This document shows, piece by piece, positions 7,579-16,116 of a stretch of 39,398 nucleotides of DNA (position 1 is the first letter of the stretch; the number at the start of each line of letters is the position of its first letter). Both the position numbers and the translations under genes were made by a program. Below the pieces are notes generated by a model. That model ran no database searches, had not been told where the DNA came from, and saw only the letters and a program-made list of their open reading frames with translations. This DNA is from an uncultured Roseburia sp. (GTDB lineage Bacteria > Bacillota > Clostridia > Lachnospirales > Lachnospiraceae). The DNA lies in NCBI GenBank assembly GCA_964476275.1, contig CAYYZV010000001.1:1-39398 (forward strand), given 5' to 3'.

Positions 7579-9313
7579 AACCTAATTCCTCCTCTCTGTC
7601 TTTTTGTGAATAATAAATTTCCTGATAAGTCTTGCAATTACGAATCAATTCGTCATGTGTACCACAGGCAATTACCGCCCCTTTCTCCATAACTATAATT
7701 TTATCCGCATCCATTACCGAAGAAATCCGCTGTGCAATCACAAGCTTTGTAACATTTGGCAATTCTTCTTTAAATGCCTTACGGATACAGGCATCTGTTG
7801 CTGTATCCACAGCACTTGTCGAATCATCCAGAATCATAATCTTTGGTTTCTTTAAAAGTGCCCGGGCAATACAAAGTCTTTGCCTTTGACCTCCCGAAAG
7901 ATTTCCGCCGCCCTGACCGATTTCTGTTTGATATCCGTCTGGAAAAGAAGATATAAATCCATGTGCCTGCGCAATTTTACAAGCCGCAGCCAATTCTTCA
8001 TCTGATGCATTTTCATTTCCCCAACGCAGATTTTCCGCTGCTGTACCTGAAAAAAGCGTATTTTTCTGTAAAACAACCGAAACATTTTCCCGCAGTTCTC
8101 GAAGTGAAAGTTCACGGACATTTATTCCATCTACCAATACGTCTCCAATATCCGGATCATATAACCTTGGAATCATAGATGCAAAGGTTGTTTTTCCTGA
8201 ACCGGTTGAACCTATGATACCAACAAATTCTCCCGATGCAATTTTGACATTTATTTTATCAAGCACCGGATTCTTATTTTCTTTAAAATAACGGAATGTT
8301 ACATTTCTAAATTCTATATCTCCCGATTGAATCTTGTGCTCTTTTTCTAACGCATGCTCATCATCGATTTCCGATACCGTATTCATTACTTCTAAAATAC
8401 GGCGGTGTGATGCTGCTGCACGGGTTCCCTGAAGAAAAATATTTGCAAGAAAATTCAACGCTGTCAATACCTGAGACAAATAGGTAATAAAAGCCGTCAA
8501 TGTTCCGATTTCCATACCGCCAATCATAATCTGCCTTCCTGCAACCCATACAACAACTAAGGTTGTTGCATTAACTGCAAAAGCGGAAACCGGCTGCATC
8601 AATATCATCATTTTCAGAGCAGAAATCGATTTTTGCATCAATACATTATTAATGTTTCTGAATTTCGCCGTTTCATATTCTTCTCTCACAAAGGATTTAA
8701 TTACTTTTTCATTTGTAATTGCTTCTCCAATTCCAGTATTTAATGCATCCAATTGTTTTTGCATAATGGTATAACGCGGCGAAGCTGTTTTTATGATCAA
8801 AAATGTCGCAAATGCCAGAAATGGAACTACAATTAAAATTACCTTTGCAATATCAGGGTCCAGTAAAAAAGACATAACGAGTGAACCTGTCAGCATAATC
8901 GGACTACGAAAACAGCCTCTTAAAAGTGACTGCATAAAGTTTTGAATTTGTGTAATATCATTTGTAACACGAGTAATCAAAGACCCCGTTGAAAAACGGT
9001 CAATCTCACAAAAAGAAAATGTTTGTATTTTATCAAATGTATCCTGTCTGATTCCTGCCGCAGTTCTTGCAGCGCCTCTCACTGCAAAAAAAGCTCCCAG
9101 TACTCCTGTTATTAGCATTCCGACAGCCAGCAAAAGCATATAAAATCCATTTTTCAGAATGTAATTAATATCTCCGTTTGCCGCACCTTGATTAATCATG
9201 TTGGCATTAATAAACGGCAAAAGAAACTCGCCTGTAGCCTCAAGTGTCATAAAAAATGGTCCTAACAGAAAACAATACCAATTCTTTTTGATGTGTTTTT
9301 TATATTGATTCAT
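7571..9313 (-). CDS. Heterodimeric ABC exporter subunit (TMD+NBD), degenerate half
   Basis: GSTGSGKTT, LSGGQRQ, ILDDSTS (E to D), IAQRI (H to Q); 8-nt overlap with its partner; TM287/288-type pair. Confidence 0.93.
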   Translation of the reverse strand: MNQYKKHIKKNWYCFLLGPFFMTLEATGEFLLPFINANMINQGAANGDINYILKNGFYMLLLAVGMLITGVLGAFFAVRGAARTAAGIRQDTFDKIQTFSFCEIDRFSTGSLITRVTNDITQIQNFMQSLLRGCFRSPIMLTGSLVMSFLLDPDIAKVILIVVPFLAFATFLIIKTASPRYTIMQKQLDALNTGIGEAITNEKVIKSFVREEYETAKFRNINNVLMQKSISALKMMILMQPVSAFAVNATTLVVVWVAGRQIMIGGMEIGTLTAFITYLSQVLTALNFLANIFLQGTRAAASHRRILEVMNTVSEIDDEHALEKEHKIQSGDIEFRNVTFRYFKENKNPVLDKINVKIASGEFVGIIGSTGSGKTTFASMIPRLYDPDIGDVLVDGINVRELSLRELRENVSVVLQKNTLFSGTAAENLRWGNENASDEELAAACKIAQAHGFISSFPDGYQTEIGQGGGNLSGGQRQRLCIARALLKKPKIMILDDSTSAVDTATDACIRKAFKEELPNVTKLVIAQRISSVMDADKIIVMEKGAVIACGTHDELIRNCKTYQEIYYSQKDREEELGYE

Positions 9314-9328
9314 TTTTCAAGCTCCTTT

Positions 9329-10195
9329 CTATGTCCAGAAAGTCATTGCCAGTGTACCGGCACACATCATACTAAGCCCTATTATAGATTTTTTTCCCAA
9401 TGTTTCTTTCAAAAAGATACGGGAAAAAAGTACAGTCAAGAGAATACTCATTTTGTCAATTGGTACAACAACACTCAAATCGCCGTTTTGAATTGCATAA
9501 TAGTAAAAAAGCCAGGATGCTCCTGTCGCAAGTCCGGAAAGCCCGATAAACAGCAGCTCCCTTTTGGGAATTATTAAAATATCCTTTGCCTCACCCTTTG
9601 CAAATACAATTCCCCATGCCATAATGAGAATTACAAACGTTCGTATCGCTGTAGCAAGATTCGATTCTACGCCTGAGATACCAATTTTCGCAAGTACAGA
9701 GGTCAAAGCTGCAAACACTGCTGACAGCACTGCATATACAATCCAAGCTGAGTTTGTGGTCTCTTTTTCTGTAATCTTTTTTTCAATCATAAAATAAGTA
9801 CCGATACCTATTAATACTGTCCCTGCTAATTTTATAACAAGATTGTTTGTTTCGCCAAACAAAATAATTGCAAGCAGTACAGAAATTATGGTACTTGCTT
9901 TATCAATTGGTACGACCTTATTTACATCTCCAAGCAAAAGTGCCTTAAAATAACAAAGCCAGGATGCTCCCGTTGCAAGCCCTGATAACGTAAGAAAAAT
10001 CCATGATTCCATGCTGATTTCACGAATGGTATTCTGTGAACCAACAACAAAGACCATCAAAATAGAAAAAAGCAGAACTACAATCGTTCGCAAAGCAGTT
10101 GCCACATCTGAATTTGTCTTATGTATTCCACATTTTGCAAGAATGGAAGTAAGTCCTGCAAACACCGCTGATAAAATAGCAGCAATCATCCACAT
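9329..10195 (-). CDS. EamA/DMT family transporter
   Basis: Two internal repeats (SAVFA.LTS.LAK.G...SGLATGASWL...VVPIDK), about 10 TM. Confidence 0.9.
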   Translation of the reverse strand: MWMIAAILSAVFAGLTSILAKCGIHKTNSDVATALRTIVVLLFSILMVFVVGSQNTIREISMESWIFLTLSGLATGASWLCYFKALLLGDVNKVVPIDKASTIISVLLAIILFGETNNLVIKLAGTVLIGIGTYFMIEKKITEKETTNSAWIVYAVLSAVFAALTSVLAKIGISGVESNLATAIRTFVILIMAWGIVFAKGEAKDILIIPKRELLFIGLSGLATGASWLFYYYAIQNGDLSVVVPIDKMSILLTVLFSRIFLKETLGKKSIIGLSMMCAGTLAMTFWT

Positions 10196-10233
10196 AAGAA
10201 TCCCTCCTAGTATAATATGATTGGATTTTATTT

Positions 10234-10263
10234 AAAAACAGGCGGGATGAAAAATCCCGCCTG
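10234..10263 (-). terminator. Intrinsic terminator after the iron ABC operon
   Basis: CAGGCGGGAT / ATCCCGCCTG stem followed by TTTTT on the minus strand. Confidence 0.8.
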
Positions 10264-10294
10264 CTGGTTATTACGATTCTCTCTGTTCTAAATA

Positions 10295-11353
10295 TTATTT
10301 ATTAAGAAGAGCTGCTTCAAGGTCTGCAAGCATTGTGTCAAGTGCCTGAATACCGCCGGTAGAAGTATACCATACATTTGCATGTTCGATAAAGTAAACG
10401 ATCTTGCCTTCTTTATAAACATTAAGTTCTTTGATTAAGTCATTTTCAATTACTTCTGCTGCGCCAAGAACACCTTCTTCCGCTGCACCTGTTGCAGTAC
10501 TTCTGTCTAATACAAACATGTACTCTGGATTTAAGTTCACAATTGTTTCCCATGATGCATCTTCACCATGTGTAGCTTTGTCAACTTCTCCTACAGTTTC
10601 GCCAAGGTTATTGCCGCCCATTTCCTTTGCAATAATGTTTAACTGGCTTTCTGTATCCATGATACTCATTGCATTATTATTATACATGCTGAGAAGTACA
10701 TTTTTACCATTGATTACTTCTTTAAGTGCATCAATTCTTGTCTGGAAACCTTCCATTTTTGCATCAATTTCATCTTCTTTTCCAAAAATTGAAGCAATTG
10801 TTTTTGCATTGTCTGCTGTACTCTGAACAATACCTTTTTCATAGTCTACTCCAAGATATACAACTGGAGCAATTTCGCTGAGTGCATCATAATTGCTGCT
10901 CAAACGTCCGCCGATAAAAATAATGTCCGGTTCACAAATTGCTACCTGTTCCATATCGGCTGTTTTTACAGAACCAAGATTTAAGATAGCACCATTAGAA
11001 TCATCTGGATTATAATCTACCAAATATTCAATTGTAACCTTTGCACTTCCGACAATTCTGTCGCCAAGATCAAGTGAATCAATGATATCAAGAGCAGGCA
11101 TATCAAGAATTGCGATTCTCTGTGGATCATATGGAACTTCGATATCTGCAAGTTCCTTGTTTCCATTTAAGGCCTTAATAGTGATTGTGGAAAGTTTTTC
11201 TGCCTCCTCACTAACTTCTGTTTCTTTTGCTGCTTCGCTATTTTCAACTACTGCATCGTTGGAAGCATTTTCTTCTGTACCAGAAGTACCGCAAGCTGCA
11301 ATGGAGAATACGGTCATTGCTGCAAGCATAAGTGCAAGAAATTTCTTCTTCAT
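10295..11353 (-). CDS. Iron-siderophore ABC substrate-binding lipoprotein (CeuE/YclQ/FatB-like)
   Basis: Lipobox IAAC; PQRIAILD, PDIIFIGGR, HGE, VLDRS and VWY...GG motifs. Confidence 0.88.
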   Translation of the reverse strand: MKKKFLALMLAAMTVFSIAACGTSGTEENASNDAVVENSEAAKETEVSEEAEKLSTITIKALNGNKELADIEVPYDPQRIAILDMPALDIIDSLDLGDRIVGSAKVTIEYLVDYNPDDSNGAILNLGSVKTADMEQVAICEPDIIFIGGRLSSNYDALSEIAPVVYLGVDYEKGIVQSTADNAKTIASIFGKEDEIDAKMEGFQTRIDALKEVINGKNVLLSMYNNNAMSIMDTESQLNIIAKEMGGNNLGETVGEVDKATHGEDASWETIVNLNPEYMFVLDRSTATGAAEEGVLGAAEVIENDLIKELNVYKEGKIVYFIEHANVWYTSTGGIQALDTMLADLEAALLNK

Positions 11354-11401
11354 AATTTTTTTCTCCTTTTTGTTTTTATTTTAAGTTTAAAACTTAACAC
11401 A

Positions 11402-12163
11402 TTAATAATAGACAGACAGTGGTTTGTTATGAATCCGGATTATTTCGAAATCTACATTATAAATATCATGCAGACATTCTTTGTTAATTACCTCATCCAC
11501 TGTTCCGAATTTTGCAATTTTTCCATCTACGAAAGCACAGATATAATCAGAGTAAAATGCCGCATAATTAATCTCATGAAGTACAAGAATTACCGTTTTT
11601 CCAAGTTCATCACAAAGTCTGCGGGCAATCCGCATTAAATTTGAAGCATGATAAATATCAAGATTATTTGTTGGCTCATCAAGCAGTACATAATCCGTAT
11701 CCTGTGCTATAACCATTGCTATATATGCTCTCTGTCTTTGTCCGCCGGACAATTCATCAATATACTGGTCTTCAAATTCTTCCAGTTCCATATAGGCAAT
11801 CGCCTGATCAATCATATTATTATCTTCCGGAGTAAGTCTGCTGCCAGAATATGGGAAACGCCCAAATGCTACCAGCTCCCTAACAGTCAGCTTCATCTGA
11901 ATGTTATTATGCTGTGTCAGAATAGCAAGCTGTTTAGCAAGTTCTTTACTCTTCCATTTTGATAATTCTTCTCCCTCAAACTGGATAATACCGGCATCTT
12001 TTGCAATCAGCCGCGAAATCATTCCCATAACCGTTGACTTTCCCGCACCATTCGGACCAATTAACGATAATACCTTTCCCTTCGGCACTTCAAAACTAAC
12101 TTCATTAACAACCGTTTTTTCGCCGTAGTTTTTAATTAAATCTTTTACATTCATTGAACCCAT
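11402..12163 (-). CDS. Iron-chelate ABC transporter ATP-binding protein
   Basis: GPNGAGKST, LSGGQRQRA, LLDEPTNNLD, VLHEIN. Confidence 0.92.
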   Translation of the reverse strand: MGSMNVKDLIKNYGEKTVVNEVSFEVPKGKVLSLIGPNGAGKSTVMGMISRLIAKDAGIIQFEGEELSKWKSKELAKQLAILTQHNNIQMKLTVRELVAFGRFPYSGSRLTPEDNNMIDQAIAYMELEEFEDQYIDELSGGQRQRAYIAMVIAQDTDYVLLDEPTNNLDIYHASNLMRIARRLCDELGKTVILVLHEINYAAFYSDYICAFVDGKIAKFGTVDEVINKECLHDIYNVDFEIIRIHNKPLSVYY

Positions 12164-13170
12164 TAATATACCCCTTTCTTTGAAAGCAATAGATAGAGGA
12201 AATAAATTCCACCTGCAACCGTAACAAACACGCTGACAGGAACGGTAAAATGGAAGATGTGCTGCGAAATCATCTGACCGCCAATCAATGCCAGCATCCC
12301 CATTAAAGAAGCACCTATAATCAAATGTGTATGTCTATAAGTTTTTAATATCTGTCTTGAAAGATTCGCAACAATCAATCCAAGAAAAGAAACTGGTCCG
12401 ATTGTCGCAGTCGCAACCGCCATACATAAAACCACACCAAATAATAATCTTCGGATTACATTGTCATAATCCACACCAAGATTGATTGCCTGATCTCTTC
12501 CCATTGTAATAACGTCTAACAATGCCAAATCTTTATGTAAAAACAAAACAATTCCAAGCAACATGGCAATTGCAAAGATAATTATCTCTCCGTTTACATT
12601 ATTAAAATCTGCCACCAGACTGCCAAGCAGTGCATCATATTCATTCGGGTCCATAACTCGAATCATCGCTGACTGCACACTTCCAAATAACGATGACAAT
12701 ACCGTTCCAATCAGCATAATATAAAGGATGTTATGACCTGTCTTTTTATATAAATACCAATAAATCAACGTCGCAACAATTCCCATTAAAACCAAATCGA
12801 CTGCAAAAGCAAGGTTTGCATTAAGATATAAAACGCTTCCCGTACCCAGTGCAAAAACTGCCGCAGTATGTAAAAAGGTATAAATAGAATTCATTCCCAA
12901 AAGCGCCGGTGTTACAATTCGGTTATTTACAATGGACTGAAAAATTAAAGTTGCTGCTCCGATGGAAATAGATGCTATAACCATGCAGATAAGTGCCGGC
13001 AGACGAAGCTTCATAATATATGCGAACAGCTTTGGATTGTCCATATGTGATTCAAATAATAAATATCCTGCAACTGCAGCAAGCACAAGTACTGCAAGAA
13101 TGCTCAGCCTTATTGCATTCACTTTATGTATGTTTCTTCTTTTTTTTGTTTTCACCGCTTCGTTACTCAT
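12163..13170 (-). CDS. Iron-chelate ABC permease (FecCD family; FatC/YclO-like)
   Basis: FQSIVNNRIVTP, AINLGVDY, GPVSFLGL; start set to ATG 13170 (GGAGG RBS, overlaps the upstream stop). Confidence 0.9.
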   Translation of the reverse strand: MSNEAVKTKKRRNIHKVNAIRLSILAVLVLAAVAGYLLFESHMDNPKLFAYIMKLRLPALICMVIASISIGAATLIFQSIVNNRIVTPALLGMNSIYTFLHTAAVFALGTGSVLYLNANLAFAVDLVLMGIVATLIYWYLYKKTGHNILYIMLIGTVLSSLFGSVQSAMIRVMDPNEYDALLGSLVADFNNVNGEIIIFAIAMLLGIVLFLHKDLALLDVITMGRDQAINLGVDYDNVIRRLLFGVVLCMAVATATIGPVSFLGLIVANLSRQILKTYRHTHLIIGASLMGMLALIGGQMISQHIFHFTVPVSVFVTVAGGIYFLYLLLSKKGVY

Positions 13171-14179
13171 TTGCTGCCGCCTCCTTTTGCTTTTTGCCGA
13201 ATCGGATGGCTTTTTTTCCATTTTTCAGCTTATAAAATAACATGATGATGAAAATAACACTTCCTACAATACCTACCACTAACTCAATCGGTATTTCATA
13301 TGGCGCAATGACTGTTCTCGCAATCATATCACAGACAAGTACAAATAATGCTCCAAAAAGTGCTGTATCAATCAGCGTACCTCTGATTTTATCGCCTTTA
13401 AACAATGCAACAATATTCGGTATAATCAAACCGATATAAGAAATCTGACCGACAATTACAATGACACTTGCCGTAATAACTGCTGCAATCGACAGTCCCA
13501 AAATCAGAATAAAGTTATAATTAACACCGAGATTTTTGGAAAATTCCTGTCCCATTCCGACAATATTGAAATGTGTTGCATAAATAAATGCAATCACTAC
13601 CAGCGGAAGAACAAGATATACTAATTCATAATTTCCACGAATAATCAGTGAAAAAGAACCGGAAAAATAAGTGGACAGCTGCTGTGTAATCTCTGCCTGG
13701 TACGAAATAAAACTTGTTACACCACCAATAATATTTCCAAACATAATCCCAATCAGCGGAACTAAAACCGTATCTTTTACCTTGATTCTCTGTACAAAAA
13801 ATACAAACAGTAAAGTTCCGGCAACCGCAAGGGCAAATGCAAATACAGTTCTTACCCAAAGTCCCATTGTTGGAAAAAAGGTCATAGCAAGCGCTATTCC
13901 AAATTGTGCTGACTGAATTGTCGCACCTGTAGTCGGTGACACGAATTTATTCATACAAAGCTGCTGCATAATCAATCCTGCAACACTCATTCCAACACCC
14001 GTACAAAGAATTGCAAGCAATCTCGGAATCCGCCCCAAAAGGAATATTTTCAGCTCCATTTCGTTCCCGCCTGCAAGCAGCGATGCGGCATCAATATCAA
14101 TCGCTCCCATAAAAAGAGAGATAACAGAAAGAACTCCCAGTAAACATATCAATATTATTGTCAATGCGTACTTTTTCAT
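13163..14179 (-). CDS. Iron-chelate ABC permease (FecCD family; FatD/YclN-like)
   Basis: RIPRLLA, MQQLCMNKFVSPTT, CDMIARTVIAPYEIP. Confidence 0.9.
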   Translation of the reverse strand: MKKYALTIILICLLGVLSVISLFMGAIDIDAASLLAGGNEMELKIFLLGRIPRLLAILCTGVGMSVAGLIMQQLCMNKFVSPTTGATIQSAQFGIALAMTFFPTMGLWVRTVFAFALAVAGTLLFVFFVQRIKVKDTVLVPLIGIMFGNIIGGVTSFISYQAEITQQLSTYFSGSFSLIIRGNYELVYLVLPLVVIAFIYATHFNIVGMGQEFSKNLGVNYNFILILGLSIAAVITASVIVIVGQISYIGLIIPNIVALFKGDKIRGTLIDTALFGALFVLVCDMIARTVIAPYEIPIELVVGIVGSVIFIIMLFYKLKNGKKAIRFGKKQKEAAANE

Positions 14180-14198
14180 CGGTATACATCTCCTTCAA

Positions 14199-14218
14199 AG
14201 GTTAGTTTTCGCTAACCT
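14199..14218. promoter_or_regulatory. GTTAG-N6-CTAAC operator (copy 2)
   Basis: AGGTTAG-TTTTCG-CTAACCT immediately upstream of the permease RBS. Confidence 0.65.
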
Positions 14219-14281
14219 ATACTTTTAAAAAAAAGAGTTCTCTTTCAAACTCTTGTCTCGTTAAAACACTTAACGAAGGCA

Positions 14282-14344
14282 AGTATAACAAAAAAATAAG
14301 AGCCCTCTCCACTCCAAAAAGGATGCAAAAAGCTCCAAATAGAT
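14282..14344 (-). promoter_or_regulatory. Activator-dependent promoter with tandem AraC-type direct repeats
   Basis: TG-T-TATACT (14290-14282) with a non-consensus -35; CTCCAAAAAGGAT (14312) and CTCCAAATAGAT (14333) are spaced 21 bp apart. Confidence 0.5.
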
Positions 14345-14353
14345 ATTTTTATA

Positions 14354-15319
14354 TTATTTTTTTGAAACCTGATTTCGATATTCTGTAGGATTACATCCTT
14401 TCACAGACCGAAACGCACTTGCAAATTTACTGCCGTTATTATAACCATGCTCATTTGCAATCTCCAAAATCGTTTTATCCGTATATTCTAACATATAAAC
14501 TGCGGACTCCATCTTCTGTGTCCTGATGTATGCAGCAATCGGCACTCCATAAACGCCCTTAAACGTTTTCTTAATATGCGCTCCAGACATATGAAAATAT
14601 TCTTCAAGCTGTTCAAGCGTAATATGTTCATTGATGCGTTCTAACATGTACCGGCTAATCTTTTTTGCCAAATCAACCTGCGATTTCGTGTAACAGCGTT
14701 CCTCAAGTTCATTTTCCAATACATCTGTTCCATTTAAAAACAAAAGCAGCTCCAAAATTTTCACCTGAAAATATCCGATTTGATTTCTTACAGGTGAGCA
14801 ATATAGCTCTGAAAATATTCTTTCAAAAAATGAATTTGCATGTGCAATCACTCCGCCTTTTTTGCCGCAAAATTTTTCTGCAATTTTACCTGGTTCCACT
14901 GCCGCTCCATTAAACAATGCGAAAAAGCCTTCTATTGTTTTATTTAATTCAATTTGAATTGTCAAGCCATGGTAATGCCGAAGCGGAAAATACAACGCAG
15001 GAGATATCCCATTTGTCTGTGCAATCACAAAATCACCCGAAGTCAGATAACAAAACTCATCATGAATATTGCATTCCAAACGCCCTTCCCTGCAATAACT
15101 AATTTCAATCACATCATTTGAAGTCATCTTCCGTTCTTCAAAATGGACCGTTTGAATATGTGCATCACTGAATGTAAGCGTAATACCTGGAAATACCTGA
15201 TATCCTGTTATTAAGAAATGACCATTTTCCCCGCTTATCTGTATGGAAGCGCTATGCTCATCCTTTGATAAAACTTCCATTTTTCCCCCGCTTACTTCTC
15301 CATATTCATTGACAAACAT
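14354..15319 (-). CDS. AraC-family transcriptional regulator (PchR/YbtA-like context)
   Basis: C-terminal double HTH (FKGVYG...IANEHGYNNGSKFASAFRSVKGCNPTEYR). Confidence 0.9.
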   Translation of the reverse strand: MFVNEYGEVSGGKMEVLSKDEHSASIQISGENGHFLITGYQVFPGITLTFSDAHIQTVHFEERKMTSNDVIEISYCREGRLECNIHDEFCYLTSGDFVIAQTNGISPALYFPLRHYHGLTIQIELNKTIEGFFALFNGAAVEPGKIAEKFCGKKGGVIAHANSFFERIFSELYCSPVRNQIGYFQVKILELLLFLNGTDVLENELEERCYTKSQVDLAKKISRYMLERINEHITLEQLEEYFHMSGAHIKKTFKGVYGVPIAAYIRTQKMESAVYMLEYTDKTILEIANEHGYNNGSKFASAFRSVKGCNPTEYRNQVSKK

Positions 15320-15344
15320 TCACAATCTCCCTCTGCTAACATCT

Positions 15345-15443
15345 GTTAGCAGTAACTAACCCTTATTTTTAAAAAATGCAGGGACCTTTGTGTTAGTCCC
15401 CGCTAACTTCTTTTAGTATAAATAGAAATGTCTCCCTTGTCAA
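15345..15443 (-). promoter_or_regulatory. Near-consensus sigma-A promoter of the AraC gene with GTTAG-N6-CTAAC operators (copies 3 and 4)
   Basis: TTGACA (15443-15438)-17-TATACT (15420-15415); operators at 15392-15407 and 15345-15360. Confidence 0.7.
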
Positions 15444-15475
15444 TTGAGAAAAGTTTGTAACTATTACGCCCCACA

Positions 15476-16048
15476 CTACTCTTTATTGAAAAATGTCTGA
15501 TAATCGACACTATCGAACTGCCCTATCAGCTGGTCATGTTTTAATGCCTGATAATCCAATTTTAAAGTAACGGCATCGTCTGCTATATAGGATGTAAATA
15601 CTGTACCATCTGACCGTACAACGGACAAAATACCTTCTGCATAAGTCCATGTACATTCTTCTGATATCTTATAATCAGGCATTTCAAACACACAGGTACC
15701 ATCTGCATAAAAACTCATCTGTACCTCATCCCATTTTGATGAATACATAACATAATCCGCTGTTTCGGTTTCCGGTTCAATTACAGCCTCTGTCTCTACA
15801 GCGATTTCCGTTTCTGCGACAGCAGCCATCTCTGTCTCTGCGACAGCTTCTGTCGAAACTATCACCTCTGTCTCTGTGCCATCAGCCGCCTCCGCAGCAA
15901 ACGGCATTTCTGTTTCATCTTCCATTTCTGTTTCCATAACGGCTTCCAGCCCCGGCAGACGGGCTTCTGTTATAACACTTGCATTATATGCTCCAGTTGT
16001 TAATACACCCGTCGCAATTAAAAGTATCAACGCATCCCTTTTCATCAT
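15476..16048 (-). CDS. Secreted or membrane-anchored hypothetical protein with an acidic E/T/A-rich linker and a small C-terminal domain
   Basis: Start likely 16048 or 16045 (AAAGAGG RBS); N-terminal hydrophobic segment; repeated ETE motifs. Confidence 0.75.
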   Translation of the reverse strand: MMKRDALILLIATGVLTTGAYNASVITEARLPGLEAVMETEMEDETEMPFAAEAADGTETEVIVSTEAVAETEMAAVAETEIAVETEAVIEPETETADYVMYSSKWDEVQMSFYADGTCVFEMPDYKISEECTWTYAEGILSVVRSDGTVFTSYIADDAVTLKLDYQALKHDQLIGQFDSVDYQTFFNKE

Positions 16049-16116
16049 TTTTCCTCTTTCGCACAAAACATTTTCTAGTACTATTGTACCACCTCTCATT
16101 GTACTGGAAAAGAGTT

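Noticed and set aside
5695..9313. YbtPQ/IrtAB-type siderophore importer assignment
   Set aside because: The degenerate/consensus site pattern fits TM287/288-type exporters; genomic context alone is not enough
15454..15465. TTTGTAACTATT as an island boundary paired with 4558-4569
   Set aside because: Only a partial match, oriented outward rather than enclosing the block; no integrase or direct repeats seen
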